From an uncultured virus (IMG/VR IMGVR_UViG_3300013137_002215) (lineage: Duplodnaviria > Heunggongvirae > Uroviricota > Caudoviricetes), in IMG/VR virus record IMGVR_UViG_3300013137_002215: DNA of 62,777 nt; one strand, written 5' to 3'. Made by a program: the position numbers and the translations under genes. This document shows positions 1-10,930 of this stretch, piece by piece. The notes under the pieces were generated by a model that worked only from the letters and a program-made list of their open reading frames with translations, ran no database searches and was not told where the DNA came from. Numbering within the stretch: position 1 is the stretch's first letter; the number at the start of each line of letters is the position of its first letter.

Positions 1-561
1 TTTATCTTCTAATGTTCTAAAAAACACCTCGTCATAATACTTAAATTTTTTATAATCATTCTTTTTATTCAAATCAAATTTGCCTATACTTTCTTTACCC
101 TTATTTATATCCCAAATTCCACCTAAAAAAACAACTATCTTTTCCAAATGAATTAACGGACTATTCAAAAAAGGATCATAGTCTATGATTATTCTTTTTT
201 CTATATCGCTTAATATCCATTTTTTATAGAAATTAACCCAATATCGCATTTTAACTTTAGCAAAATGTTTCCATGCCTCAATGGAGTCTTGTAATCCAGT
301 TGTTTTAATTTCCAATAAATAATGTGACACAATACTAGACATAGGATCTCGTATTTGAACTAAATAATTTCTATTATTTAATATCGGTGTTTTTAAATCT
401 AAATCATGGTTTTTCTGATAATTAAAATCATTTCTATTTGTCATTATTTGATCGTTATAAACATCGCAATTTTTTAATTCATCGCCAAAATATACTTTTA
501 AAACTCTAAGCAACATTCTATGACCAGAACGCGGAAAGCATATGTTCTCTGTTTTTATCAT
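1..561 (-). CDS. sulfotransferase family protein (partial, runs off window)
   Basis: Manual translation MIKTENICFPRSGHRML...KNHD...VQIRDPMSSIVS; PRSG PAPS-binding loop and RDP motif. Confidence 0.75.
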   Translation of the reverse strand, partial: MIKTENICFPRSGHRMLLRVLKVYFGDELKNCDVYNDQIMTNRNDFNYQKNHDLDLKTPILNNRNYLVQIRDPMSSIVSHYLLEIKTTGLQDSIEAWKHFAKVKMRYWVNFYKKWILSDIEKRIIIDYDPFLNSPLIHLEKIVVFLGGIWDINKGKESIGKFDLNKKNDYKKFKYYDEVFFRTLEDK

Positions 562-1139
562 TAGACCTGTTTATGCCATTTTATTTCTACTTCGCCATTA
601 CCAAGGTCTTCTTCTATTTTTATAATCGTAAGTCCGTATCCATAAGGCAAGGTAACATGTGAATTCTTAACCCACGACAAACTATCAACCGCCTTATATA
701 AGTCGTATTCCTTGTGTGTAGTATCATGTAATAATAAGATTGAACCCTTTTTCATTCTTGGGATAATCATTTTAAAATCATTTATAACCGTAGCAGAATC
801 ATGCGCCCCATCATGTAGAACAAAATCAAATGTTTCTTTTTCTATGTCGGTTTTAATCATATTAGATCGCTTACACAAATATTTAAAATTAGGATATTGT
901 TTTAGTTCATTTAAATCAAAGAAAATAGCGGTTTGATTTAAGGGTCTATAATCGCAAGTAATCAATTTGCCATTTGTTTTTTCTAGTGCCATTAAAATCG
1001 TTTTAGTAGAAAAGCCCGATCCAAATTCAAAGGCAGATTTTGCTTCCATACCCAATACAATGGAATATAGTGTTAAATAATGGCGACAAAAACCGGCATT
1101 ATTAGCATGATGACGATCAAATAATTCTTGTAGGTTCAT
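561..1139 (-). CDS. class I SAM-dependent methyltransferase (Methyltransf_24-like)
   Basis: FEFGSGFST, LHDGAH, LLLHDT motifs. Confidence 0.8.
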   Translation of the reverse strand: MNLQELFDRHHANNAGFCRHYLTLYSIVLGMEAKSAFEFGSGFSTKTILMALEKTNGKLITCDYRPLNQTAIFFDLNELKQYPNFKYLCKRSNMIKTDIEKETFDFVLHDGAHDSATVINDFKMIIPRMKKGSILLLHDTTHKEYDLYKAVDSLSWVKNSHVTLPYGYGLTIIKIEEDLGNGEVEIKWHKQV

Positions 1140-2107
1140 AAATATCCTAGTTTTTTTAACAAGTTAACCGCATCATTATTTTTCATAAACTCATCTATTC
1201 TTTCTTTATATATTTCGTTTTTCCACCTATCAAGTTTATGATTACTGATCGGAGATGGACCGCCTACCCAACCTGGATCACTTATTACCGTTGTTTTTTC
1301 ATAATATTTTAATAACTGTTCGTCAAAATCTTCTTCTAAATATTCACATAGTTTTTTCAACTGCTCTTTTGGATAACTAACAAGGTCTTCATACCTTATT
1401 GCATACACTATATCACAACAACTCAATCCTGCACTTGTATCATTAACCCACCTTTCGACATCCACCCAATACTTCTTATATTTATGATTAGGATGAGATG
1501 ATGTTACAACGTTTCGTCCATCCCTTATAATATGTACCAACTTAACATGCCCGTCAAACAAATTATAAATATCCCTAAAAGCCGTTACATTTTTTGGAGT
1601 TTTTTCACACCAACGTCTTTTATTAAATTCAACCGAAATATTTTTTAAAGAATTTTTTATTATAGACAGTCTAAATGGTTTAGGAGTAAAAGAAAATGAC
1701 TCTCCAGGAATCGAATAAATTTGATTATGGGCACCTAAAATTGATAACAACAGTGTTGTTCCCGATCTTCCGCAACCACCCAATACTATAGGACATTTTT
1801 TATTATAGTTCTTTAAATAATACAATGATGGTAAAAAGAACTTATCTTGTGTTGGATTTTTTACCATATCATCAAATAAAACAACAAAATCTACCCTATT
1901 ATCTATTTCTATTGAATTTAAATCTTCTATGAACCCAATCTCTTGACTTTGAAAAATAATATTGCCCTTTACGTCTAAAAGCAAAAAATATTTATTATTT
2001 TTATTCTGGAACCTATAAATACATTCACCCTTCCAACCATAATATTTATAAGGTTGAACTGTCTGATTATCAGCAATACCTATACTAACAACAAAGTCTA
2101 AAATCAT
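1136..2107 (-). CDS. sulfotransferase (Sulfotransfer_3-like)
   Basis: GGCGRSGTTLL, WCEKTP, HIIRDGR, RYEDLV. Confidence 0.85.
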   Translation of the reverse strand: MILDFVVSIGIADNQTVQPYKYYGWKGECIYRFQNKNNKYFLLLDVKGNIIFQSQEIGFIEDLNSIEIDNRVDFVVLFDDMVKNPTQDKFFLPSLYYLKNYNKKCPIVLGGCGRSGTTLLLSILGAHNQIYSIPGESFSFTPKPFRLSIIKNSLKNISVEFNKRRWCEKTPKNVTAFRDIYNLFDGHVKLVHIIRDGRNVVTSSHPNHKYKKYWVDVERWVNDTSAGLSCCDIVYAIRYEDLVSYPKEQLKKLCEYLEEDFDEQLLKYYEKTTVISDPGWVGGPSPISNHKLDRWKNEIYKERIDEFMKNNDAVNLLKKLGYL

Positions 2108-2829
2108 ATAAAATTTCCCTTTTCCAAATCATCTATAGAAGCAAACTCATCACAAAATCGTCTTAAGGCTAATAATTCTTCAAAGTTCATAGCTCCCACA
2201 TGTGCCTTTTCGTGCGATGATTGAAGCGCGTGTGAAATAGTAAAATGTTTTTCTATATATCGTGCCCCTCTTACTACTGCTACAAAAGCAGATGTTAATC
2301 CAATACTATGATCGCTATAACCCTGATACTTAGAATGTCTAAAATCAGGAACCATTATATTCTCCATCAAATCAGGATAATTAGAATTACAATAAAAATA
2401 AATAACGTTTGGTTGATTGTATGGAAAACTAAAGTGATCTAAACCCGTTGAAATAAAAACAGTTTTTTTAGTATCAATAATAGCATTACACAACTTATTA
2501 TCGTACATGGATCTACTAGCTATTTTATAATTCTTAAATCCTAGTTTCTCACACCATACTATTTTATCATTATCAAATACAGAGGCAAAAACATCTATGC
2601 CCACATTTTCAGAAAAAGACTTAATATGTTGTAACTCATCAAAAGATATTTCAGCATACTTTTTTCTATCATCACCAAATAGTTTTTTAGAAGTATATAG
2701 TTGAACCTTAACCATATCCGCACCACCCATTTTTGATTGTAAAATCATAGTTTCTACTGTCTTCATATCGCCATAATGTTGGGGATGCAGTTCCGAAATT
2801 ATCACAACTCTATTTAATCTGCTTTCCAT
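2104..2829 (-). CDS. neuB: N-acetylneuraminate/nonulosonate synthase family (no C-terminal SAF domain)
   Basis: IISELHPQHYG, GADMVKVQ, YKIASR, GYSDHSIG, YIEKHFT. Confidence 0.85.
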   Translation of the reverse strand: MESRLNRVVIISELHPQHYGDMKTVETMILQSKMGGADMVKVQLYTSKKLFGDDRKKYAEISFDELQHIKSFSENVGIDVFASVFDNDKIVWCEKLGFKNYKIASRSMYDNKLCNAIIDTKKTVFISTGLDHFSFPYNQPNVIYFYCNSNYPDLMENIMVPDFRHSKYQGYSDHSIGLTSAFVAVVRGARYIEKHFTISHALQSSHEKAHVGAMNFEELLALRRFCDEFASIDDLEKGNFI

Positions 2830-3416
2830 TGAACACCTCTAATCTTTTGATATTCCAAATACCACGGAGACCTGTTCTTTTCAACATATTCTAGATCTTC
2901 TATGTTGTGTATATCTACATAATCAGTGACAAAAACTCCACACTTGGTACTTATACTCTTTTGAAACACATAATCACATTTCATAACCCTAAACGCCGCA
3001 TTTTGAATCAAATTACTATCAACAGAGAACACCTCGTTACGATCATATTTAATGAGCTTTTCTAAAGCATTATCTAAGTCAACTGGCCTTACTTCTGGAG
3101 AATTAGGTTGAAGTGAAATAACAATGTCTGGTTTTTCTGCCATCTGTTTAACAGCATGAGCAATAACGTCTTGCTTATATACTTCGTCTCCTGCCAGCTC
3201 TGGAGGTCTATCAATTACTTTTACATTTAAATTTAAAGATATAGTTTTTATCGCAGAATCTTCTGTAGATACAAATACATCACTTATATATAAAGAGCCA
3301 TATTTACATGCCATTATTCCCCAATATATCATTGGCATATCCCAAATACTACATATATTTTTGTTATTCAGTCTTTTAGATCCGCCACGAGCAGGAATAA
3401 CCACATATGTTTTCAT
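2814..3416 (-). CDS. neuA: acylneuraminate cytidylyltransferase family
   Basis: VIPARGGSKRLNNKNI, VSTEDS, RPPELAGD, LQPNSP. Confidence 0.85.
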   Translation of the reverse strand: MKTYVVIPARGGSKRLNNKNICSIWDMPMIYWGIMACKYGSLYISDVFVSTEDSAIKTISLNLNVKVIDRPPELAGDEVYKQDVIAHAVKQMAEKPDIVISLQPNSPEVRPVDLDNALEKLIKYDRNEVFSVDSNLIQNAAFRVMKCDYVFQKSISTKCGVFVTDYVDIHNIEDLEYVEKNRSPWYLEYQKIRGVQWKAD

Positions 3417-4018
3417 TTATTTGCCCTTTTAAAAAACAAACGAAGATTGGGATTTTGTCTTCCAACAACACTAGTTAGTACTATGTCCTTATTATAGTTT
3501 CTATAATCTTCAAAAGATACAAGCCATTCATCCTTATTAAAAACCGTTTTTGTTTTGTTAGAGTATAACTCAAAAAAACATACAAACTTGCACACTCTCA
3601 TTATTTCAGTTACTAATTGCTTTTTGTTATTATTAGGCTCAATATGCATTAGAAATCCCATTGTTATACCCAAATCAAAACTATCATTTTTTAATGTCTT
3701 AAAAAAATCCAATCTTCTTAAATCTTCTTTATAAAAGTTGTCTTTTTTATTAAAAAATTTTTTATTTTTTTCAATACATTCTTCATTAATGTCTATCCCA
3801 TATATGTCACAGCCATATATTTTATACAACTCACGTAAATTTCTTCCCAAGTTACACCCAAATTCAATAACTTTACTTGAGCTTGTTAACGCTAAATTAT
3901 CTTGTATATATTTTATCATTCTTTTTGTAGTTTCTAACTTCTTTTTGTCACACAAATAATGATCCTCTATGGATTCCCTTTTATTCTTATATAAAGCCTT
4001 TTCCCAATGATTAACCAT
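3413..4018 (-). CDS. SAM-dependent methyltransferase
   Basis: IEFGCNLGRNL, GIDIN, FLMHI; likely start MVNHW at 4018 overlapping the upstream stop. Confidence 0.75.
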   Translation of the reverse strand: MVNHWEKALYKNKRESIEDHYLCDKKKLETTKRMIKYIQDNLALTSSSKVIEFGCNLGRNLRELYKIYGCDIYGIDINEECIEKNKKFFNKKDNFYKEDLRRLDFFKTLKNDSFDLGITMGFLMHIEPNNNKKQLVTEIMRVCKFVCFFELYSNKTKTVFNKDEWLVSFEDYRNYNKDIVLTSVVGRQNPNLRLFFKRANK

Positions 4019-4994
4019 AAACCACCTCTTCAATAATATTTTTTGAAACGTTTCCGGATTTAAATAAATGATTAGATATAGACTTCTCAAATGCCAAACT
4101 AAAATCTCCCAATACAAGATGCTCTACTGCCGATTTAAACTCATTAAAATCCATATTACCTTTAAAACTCAAGCAGTAATCATAATTATACAAAAATTGC
4201 ATCGGAATAACCTTGTGAGGTTTTATATTGTAGTTTAATACCGGTTTTTTTAACATAACACACTCTTTAATAGCGGTAGAGTCAAAGTTTATAATAATAT
4301 CCGAAAGCGAAATCAGTTCCATAGTAGTATGAGGATACCAAGAAGTATCTTCAAAGTATATTTTTGGTCTAACTTTTTTATTGGCTGGTTCTTTATTTCT
4401 AGCCTTGAGTATTACAGAATAACCCATTTGTTCTAAATACTTATATATATTTAACAAATTAATCTTTTTCAAATCTCTATATCTAGGAAATAAAACCAAA
4501 GCATATTTTTTATCTGTTAAATTATATTTATTTCTTACATTTTTAGGATCTATAACAACATCATATTTAGGGCATCCAATATAAAGATTTTTAGGACCTG
4601 TTGTTTTATAAAATTCTGCAAAAAACTTACTTGGGAAAATGACTTTATCGACCCTATTGACATAATGACTATAATGAATCCTAAAATCAGTTAGAGTTAC
4701 TAAGGAAATTGACTTGATCTTTTTAGAGAACATAGTTATTCCACTACCCTCAGCAAAAAACGTTGTCCCCGTAGCATTTTGAGCTTCTGTACTATCTAAT
4801 GTTTTAAACCCGTATTTATTAGATAGTTCTCTTACCTTATTAATACTTTTATATGGACACGAACATCTATCTATTTTAAACAAATAAAACAATGAAGATA
4901 TATTAACCCTACTTAATTCCTCAACTATAGGCATAAAATACCTAAGATGAGAGACATTACTTAGTGCAAAATTAACATGTTCTATTTTTGCCAT
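4011..4994 (-). CDS. GT-B fold transferase (glycerophosphotransferase/sialyltransferase-like)
   Basis: YIGCPKYD, SDIIINFDSTAIKECVMLKKPV; adjacent to neuAB. Confidence 0.55.
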   Translation of the reverse strand: MAKIEHVNFALSNVSHLRYFMPIVEELSRVNISSLFYLFKIDRCSCPYKSINKVRELSNKYGFKTLDSTEAQNATGTTFFAEGSGITMFSKKIKSISLVTLTDFRIHYSHYVNRVDKVIFPSKFFAEFYKTTGPKNLYIGCPKYDVVIDPKNVRNKYNLTDKKYALVLFPRYRDLKKINLLNIYKYLEQMGYSVILKARNKEPANKKVRPKIYFEDTSWYPHTTMELISLSDIIINFDSTAIKECVMLKKPVLNYNIKPHKVIPMQFLYNYDYCLSFKGNMDFNEFKSAVEHLVLGDFSLAFEKSISNHLFKSGNVSKNIIEEVVYG

Positions 4995-5503
4995 ATTCTA
5001 GTGTAATGCGGTTCCAAAGAAGAATCTAATACGCACTTAAAAGAAGAAAGCAACTTTAAACATTGAGAATAACAATCTCGTCTAGAATCATCTAATATTA
5101 AAATACCATTATTTTTAACTTTTTTTATAGAATATTCGACACATGATGGCCTTGCTCTTCCATCTATCATAATAATATCAAAATACTCGTCGTTAAATTC
5201 CATAATTTTTTTTACATATTTTTCAAAACTCTTCATTTTTCTGTCCGAATAAAACTTTCTGTTAATTGTTTTATCAGCTTCAATAAAAAAAACTTCTGCG
5301 TTTTTGACATTTTTGTTTAAAATCTCATTTGATACTTTTTCATGCCAAAACCTGTCATGTTCGATGCTAACAATTGACTTACATCTCTGAGCTAACCACA
5401 AAGTAGAATAGCCGCTTCCGTATTCAAAAACACAATGATTTTTGACAATAAAGTTATCTAAATAAGAAATAGCATCTTCGCTTATAAATGGAGATATTTC
5501 CAT
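4982..5503 (-). CDS. SAM-dependent methyltransferase
   Basis: FEYGSGYSTLW, IEHD, IDGRAR, LDDS. Confidence 0.8.
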   Translation of the reverse strand: MEISPFISEDAISYLDNFIVKNHCVFEYGSGYSTLWLAQRCKSIVSIEHDRFWHEKVSNEILNKNVKNAEVFFIEADKTINRKFYSDRKMKSFEKYVKKIMEFNDEYFDIIMIDGRARPSCVEYSIKKVKNNGILILDDSRRDCYSQCLKLLSSFKCVLDSSLEPHYTRIWQK

Positions 5504-5504
5504 C

Positions 5505-6092
5505 TTATTTAAACCTTATTTGAACGCCTTCCCAATCACATACCTTAGACGATCCTAGTGGGTTCCAATCATTTTTCTCGCCAACAAATCTAACAATTTT
5601 AAATCTGTCCTTGTTTTTATCTAAAAAAGATTTAATTCCAGAATCACAAATACCATAATCATGCGCAAAAATAATAGGATTATCGACACACACAGCGATA
5701 CTATTACTAATATCACTTCTAAAAGCCTCTTCCGTATGTACACAATCTATAAATACACATCCTATATTGTTTACTCCCCATTTTTCTTTATAAACATCCT
5801 TTTTTATAACATTACAATTACTATACCCAAAATATTTTATTCTATCTTGTGCTTTCTTTATATTCAATGGGTTTATATCAAAAGAATAAACATTAATTCC
5901 TTTTCTTTTAGCAACTTCAGATAAAATTGTAGTTGTATTCCCCATATTAGTTCCAATTTCAAGTATATCACCACTAAAATTGCTAGACATTATTATATCA
6001 AACATTTCCTTCTTAAAACGACGAGTGGTTGTTCCTTTATTTTCGTTTTTATGTTGCAATTTATCTAAAATACTTTCAATATCAGATTCCAT
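5505..6092 (-). CDS. SAM-dependent methyltransferase (Methyltransf_24-like)
   Basis: LEIGTNMGNTT, FIDCVH, AHDYG. Confidence 0.75.
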   Translation of the reverse strand: MESDIESILDKLQHKNENKGTTTRRFKKEMFDIIMSSNFSGDILEIGTNMGNTTTILSEVAKRKGINVYSFDINPLNIKKAQDRIKYFGYSNCNVIKKDVYKEKWGVNNIGCVFIDCVHTEEAFRSDISNSIAVCVDNPIIFAHDYGICDSGIKSFLDKNKDRFKIVRFVGEKNDWNPLGSSKVCDWEGVQIRFK

Positions 6093-7023
6093 TAATAACC
6101 TCAAAATATTTATTACACATATCGTTAGAAGAATAGTTGTAATTTAAAACTTTATTATAATAATCTAAAAACGAATTATAATTATTATACAGTTCGTTTA
6201 TCTTTAAAATAAATTCTTCATAATTAGAATATGTAATATTAAACCCCTTAGTATAATCAACACACCCGCCCGATTTATCTAAAACAACAGGAATAAGACC
6301 ACAAGATAGTCCTTCTGCAACGTGATATCCTCCTGGTTCATATTGGGAGGCTGTTAAATACACATCACATTTTTTCAATACAGACGGTATTTCTTTATAT
6401 ACTTTTGTTCCGATAATATTACCATATCTGATATAACCTTCAGGAAACCGACCCATATACCAAAAATCAAATTTATCATTATTTCTACAATATGCATCAA
6501 CTTTTTTATATAAATCGAACCCTTTTAAAATGTTATCCGACCAATGATGTGTAATTATTTTAATTTTATCTGTTTTTTTTCTAATATCTTTGTTCAAATC
6601 AGGATAATACATACTCCTATCACAACCATTATAAATAACAACGCTTTTATTATCTAAGCCTTTGTTTTTAAAATATAATTTCAAATAGTCACTTATATAA
6701 ACTGTAAAATCAGACAGTTGATTGTTAGTATTAATTAAAATATTATCTAATTTATTATTACTTCCTCTATGTGCACTATTTTCATTAATTCTATGTATAA
6801 CTTTAATGTTCTTGTTTTTTATTTTATAATTAGAAACATCTTTAATAGAATAGACACAAGTATCGTCCCTAACATCTACTAAAAATATTATATCAACCGA
6901 TCTATTCAGGTCAAAAACAACATTATGTCCTTTATTTATCAAAAAGTCACGAAACAATCTTAAAAAAACATTGCCTCCACCATAAGGGCCGTCTACTAAC
7001 TTTTTATTAAAAGATATTATCAT
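6082..7023 (-). CDS. glycosyltransferase family 4
   Basis: GPYGGG, IYNGCD, YEPGGYHVAEGLSCG. Confidence 0.8.
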   Translation of the reverse strand: MIISFNKKLVDGPYGGGNVFLRLFRDFLINKGHNVVFDLNRSVDIIFLVDVRDDTCVYSIKDVSNYKIKNKNIKVIHRINENSAHRGSNNKLDNILINTNNQLSDFTVYISDYLKLYFKNKGLDNKSVVIYNGCDRSMYYPDLNKDIRKKTDKIKIITHHWSDNILKGFDLYKKVDAYCRNNDKFDFWYMGRFPEGYIRYGNIIGTKVYKEIPSVLKKCDVYLTASQYEPGGYHVAEGLSCGLIPVVLDKSGGCVDYTKGFNITYSNYEEFILKINELYNNYNSFLDYYNKVLNYNYSSNDMCNKYFEVINGI

Positions 7024-7769
7024 AGTATTTTTTTGAAAAATAATTTCCAATCATTCAAACTAACCCTGCCATCTTTACTATATTTTTCATTCGTCTTAGG
7101 TATCCCTCTTCCCAAATGCGCGAATATAATTTCTTTTTTATCACTTACACATAGGCATATTTTTTTACTTCCAAATGGACTTACTATTTCGTTTATAAGA
7201 GAGGGGTCGTTTATAGTATTACGAAAACAATAATGTTCGATTTTATTATCTTGCACATATTTAGTCAAAGAATCACCAACATCCATAACCTGTGTCGTTC
7301 CTACATACTTGGGGTACATGTCTAGGTCTTTAATCAAACTATATTCAGTTAAAAGACCACAAACATGTATCGCCCCAATTCTATCTTTATGCATGTCTTT
7401 TTGAACGCCAATTAGTTTATATCCGGCATCATATTTGCCAATAAAATCATACATAAACGATAAACTTAAAACAGCAACATCGCAATGAACTACAAAAACC
7501 AAACCAGAATCTATGTTTTTTAAACCAATATGTATGGCTTCCGCATTAGCTTCAGAACCCACCTTACGAGTATTGTTATTAATCCATAGTATATTATCGC
7601 TTATTTCCATAATATCATTCTTATAACTACTGTCCAATGAGTTTTCAACCACTATAAAATTAATATTAAAATCATTACAACAATACTTAACAAAACTTTT
7701 TATACAAATAGTTGTCAGTATTTTAGAATGAAAAGATGGTATAATTACGGTTATTTTATGCATTTTCAA
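7020..7769 (-). CDS. glycosyltransferase family 2-like
   Basis: ITVIIPSF, VVENS, VHCDV. Confidence 0.7.
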   Translation of the reverse strand: MKMHKITVIIPSFHSKILTTICIKSFVKYCCNDFNINFIVVENSLDSSYKNDIMEISDNILWINNNTRKVGSEANAEAIHIGLKNIDSGLVFVVHCDVAVLSLSFMYDFIGKYDAGYKLIGVQKDMHKDRIGAIHVCGLLTEYSLIKDLDMYPKYVGTTQVMDVGDSLTKYVQDNKIEHYCFRNTINDPSLINEIVSPFGSKKICLCVSDKKEIIFAHLGRGIPKTNEKYSKDGRVSLNDWKLFFKKIL

Positions 7770-8670
7770 AAAACCTATCCCAAATAGAAATTACACTTTG
7801 AGGCAAATATCTGTCAATAATAGATTTATAATTATAGTCTATTTTGTCTATGTTGCTTAAAACTTTATTTATAAAGTCATTTATATCTAAACAAATACAA
7901 TCTGGATGTAATATCTCTGAGGCAACTCCGACATTAGTAGATAGTATTTTAATTTTCCTATAAGACGCTTCCAAAATAGACTGTGGACCACCTTCATATC
8001 TAGAAGTAACAAAATACCAATCTAAACAGTCATATAAAGACGTTATATCCTTATAATTTTGAAGATACACGTATGCTATATTTTTCTCTTTTAATTTAGA
8101 AATAACATAGTTTCTAGCATATCCAGCTAAAACAACTTTGATTTTAATCTTTTTATTTAATTTATCTAATAAATCAATCAGCACATCTGGTCCCTTTGAC
8201 ATTTTGGGTGAATCACCATTGCGTCCATTGCCATCTTTTTGAAAGGAGCCAACAAGTAACTCGTTATCATCCAGTAACTTACACTTAAGATCCTTAATCC
8301 TATCTTCATCTCTTTCTTTCATATTTTTTGACAATATCCAATAAGACAAGCGATGAATCGGAATCTTAATATATTTAGCGGCTATTTTTTCAACCTGTTT
8401 ATTACAAACAATACATCCATTGGCCTTATTAAAAATATCAAAATTATATTCTTTAATATTGCCTTCATTAATATGGTGTATGTTAATAAAAGACTTACAT
8501 GTTTTGGGAATTCTGCCAAATACTGATGGAAATTCAAATAGATTTAAACACCACAAAGTACTAGGATTATCTTTCAATTTAACTATATTATGACAAGTAT
8601 ATTTCTTAAAATCGTTTTCAATATCGCTTAGAATCCAATTTGATTGTTCGTTTTGAATGGACAAGTTCAT
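7756..8670 (-). CDS. glycosyltransferase family 4
   Basis: KGPD, SRYEGGPQSILEA, STNVG. Confidence 0.8.
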   Translation of the reverse strand: MNLSIQNEQSNWILSDIENDFKKYTCHNIVKLKDNPSTLWCLNLFEFPSVFGRIPKTCKSFINIHHINEGNIKEYNFDIFNKANGCIVCNKQVEKIAAKYIKIPIHRLSYWILSKNMKERDEDRIKDLKCKLLDDNELLVGSFQKDGNGRNGDSPKMSKGPDVLIDLLDKLNKKIKIKVVLAGYARNYVISKLKEKNIAYVYLQNYKDITSLYDCLDWYFVTSRYEGGPQSILEASYRKIKILSTNVGVASEILHPDCICLDINDFINKVLSNIDKIDYNYKSIIDRYLPQSVISIWDRFFENA

Positions 8671-8672
8671 AC

Positions 8673-9689
8673 CTATATTCCTTGAATTAAACGAACAAAA
8701 TCATTAGCCCTGGCTTTTATATCGTGATGTCTAATAAATGTTTCTTGAGCATTATGAATAATTGAATTTAACTCGTCTGGATGACTTAAATAGTATTTGA
8801 TCTTAGATATAAAATTATCTTTGGTTACGGCAATATAATTGTAACCATCCTCTAAAAATAATTCCTTTTCACCATATGGTCTTTCGCCAACATATACAGT
8901 GTTGCAACCCATTGCTTCAAAAATTTTATTCATAGCCACATGATAACGTCCACCACAGCTAGCCAACATGTTTGATTCACTAATTGCAGCAGCATACTTC
9001 TCTCTAACAAAATCATTATGACTAAAATTAACACCACAATGAGGATAGTTTTTATATCTTATCCCCAGTTCTTTATGTGTGCTACTCAATACACCATGCA
9101 TATAGGATCTTAAAGGATAAAAATGCCACATAGCGCCAACAGTTATAACATCATATTTTTTAGGTAAGTTATAGTTTTTATAACAAATAGCATCTACACA
9201 TCTTGGATAACCTATAAACTTCATATTTTTTTGAATATTGGCATCAAAAAAAGAATAAAAATCTTTAGGATTAGAATATGGCGGAGCAAAACAACAAAAA
9301 CAATATTTAAAATCAGAATTATTCAAATCCTTAGAATATTGTTGTGGTCTTCTTGCCCAAAAATCACTTAATGCAAATATTTTCAATACACCTTTAACAC
9401 TTTGAAATCCAGTTGGGAAATATCGCAACTTTTCTGGAATATTATAATACTGCATATACACATCGCCAACTTTTTCATTTGGAGTAAAATAACTATAAAT
9501 AATATCCGGCTTATCATTACCATATAATTTTTTAATAATCGTATCTAAATCAGTAGTATCATAATTTTTCCATCCAGGACCATAAATTTTAGTATCACAA
9601 GCTTCCTGAATAGCTTGCATGTCATAAATCATATTACCACTATGCCAACCTTTACGATTAACATTTAATAACAGTACTTTGGTTTTCAT
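8673..9689 (-). CDS. glycosyltransferase (Glyco_trans_1_2/CgeB-like)
   Basis: KIFEAMGC...LFLEDGYNYI...KIKYYLSHPDE C-terminal signature. Confidence 0.75.
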   Translation of the reverse strand: MKTKVLLLNVNRKGWHSGNMIYDMQAIQEACDTKIYGPGWKNYDTTDLDTIIKKLYGNDKPDIIYSYFTPNEKVGDVYMQYYNIPEKLRYFPTGFQSVKGVLKIFALSDFWARRPQQYSKDLNNSDFKYCFCCFAPPYSNPKDFYSFFDANIQKNMKFIGYPRCVDAICYKNYNLPKKYDVITVGAMWHFYPLRSYMHGVLSSTHKELGIRYKNYPHCGVNFSHNDFVREKYAAAISESNMLASCGGRYHVAMNKIFEAMGCNTVYVGERPYGEKELFLEDGYNYIAVTKDNFISKIKYYLSHPDELNSIIHNAQETFIRHHDIKARANDFVRLIQGI

Positions 9690-10381
9690 ATCGTGTTGGT
9701 TCTTTTATGTCCAAAATTTCTAAAATAAGGGTTTCTATCGCCTCTTGGGTATAATCCAGGAAAAAAGTTAACATCCAATCCACTTTTCCATACTGAATAT
9801 GCCAAACTAACCTGGTCTCTTTTAATATAATATTTATTAAATTGATTCCACCATAAGCTCATTGTTTGTATTACATTATCATTATTATGCTCTCTCAATA
9901 TTACGTTTCCATTAATAATTTTTTTATCAATATCAAATCCGTCACTTGCATAATCAGATGTTTGCGCATTAAGTTTATTTATATCTCTGCACCAACGATT
10001 CATAACACCAATTTCCTGTCTCCAACTACTAGTATGTCTATATACAGCCATCTTTATATTATCAGTGATATAATCAACAAACTCATCTATCGGTTTACGT
10101 ATTAAAATAGATGCATCAACCCACAAACTCACATCATAGTTTGATAAATATAGGTGTGGAAACATTTTATAATGCCTAGACATTTGAATGCTATCAAGTT
10201 TGTCTTTTAGTGGAACATTAATAATATTCCATCTATTAGATTTTAACTTTGCATTTGTAAAAAAACACATATCCCATCCATGTAATTTAACAACAGGATC
10301 GTGAACATCGTCAAATCCTCCAAACATTGCCGTATAAATAACTTTTTTAGGGTTCAATAAAAATACAACCTCTCTGTCCAC
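9686..10381 (-). CDS. DUF616-type glycosyltransferase
   Basis: IYTAMFGGFD, KMFPHLYL, LWVDAS, RDQVSL; true start probably near 10354. Confidence 0.75.
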   Translation of the reverse strand: MDREVVFLLNPKKVIYTAMFGGFDDVHDPVVKLHGWDMCFFTNAKLKSNRWNIINVPLKDKLDSIQMSRHYKMFPHLYLSNYDVSLWVDASILIRKPIDEFVDYITDNIKMAVYRHTSSWRQEIGVMNRWCRDINKLNAQTSDYASDGFDIDKKIINGNVILREHNNDNVIQTMSLWWNQFNKYYIKRDQVSLAYSVWKSGLDVNFFPGLYPRGDRNPYFRNFGHKRTNTI

Positions 10382-10916
10382 TAACGGATCTTTGATTATA
10401 ATAGAAGCTATAACCTCTTGGATAAATGTTTTTTATCAATGGCTCTATGTTTTGTAAACTATAATCCTTACCATCCCACCTATCATACCCCAAGTCTCTT
10501 CTGTTTGGAACTTTAAAGTCATGTATCATAATATAAGGTATAACTTTAGATTCAGCTATAACTTTTAATTCTCTGTCTAACGCCAAATCATTATTAAAGT
10601 GAGCATCTAAAAACAATAAAACCTTTTTATTGTCTAATTTTGTCAACTCCTCTTTTAAAATAGTCGCACTATCCCCCATAAAAAACTGTATATTGGTAAA
10701 ATTTTTCAAGTAATCCTTTGCCTTTTTCAACCACTCTTCCTTAATCTCAGTTGTTATTACATTTTTTACTAATTTAGCAAAAAAACATGTACTATGACCA
10801 ATATGCGTTCCCGTTTCTATAACAGTGTCTATACCGTTCTTATCAATAACCTCTCTAGCCATTCTTTGTACAACAGCATCGCCATTTAAAGCTTTTTTCA
10901 AATATTCTAGAGGCAT
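10347..10916 (-). CDS. SAM-dependent methyltransferase
   Basis: IETGTHIGHS, GDS, FLDAH, IHDF. Confidence 0.75.
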   Translation of the reverse strand: MPLEYLKKALNGDAVVQRMAREVIDKNGIDTVIETGTHIGHSTCFFAKLVKNVITTEIKEEWLKKAKDYLKNFTNIQFFMGDSATILKEELTKLDNKKVLLFLDAHFNNDLALDRELKVIAESKVIPYIMIHDFKVPNRRDLGYDRWDGKDYSLQNIEPLIKNIYPRGYSFYYNQRSVSGQRGCIFIEP

Positions 10917-10930
10917 AAATATCCTTATTT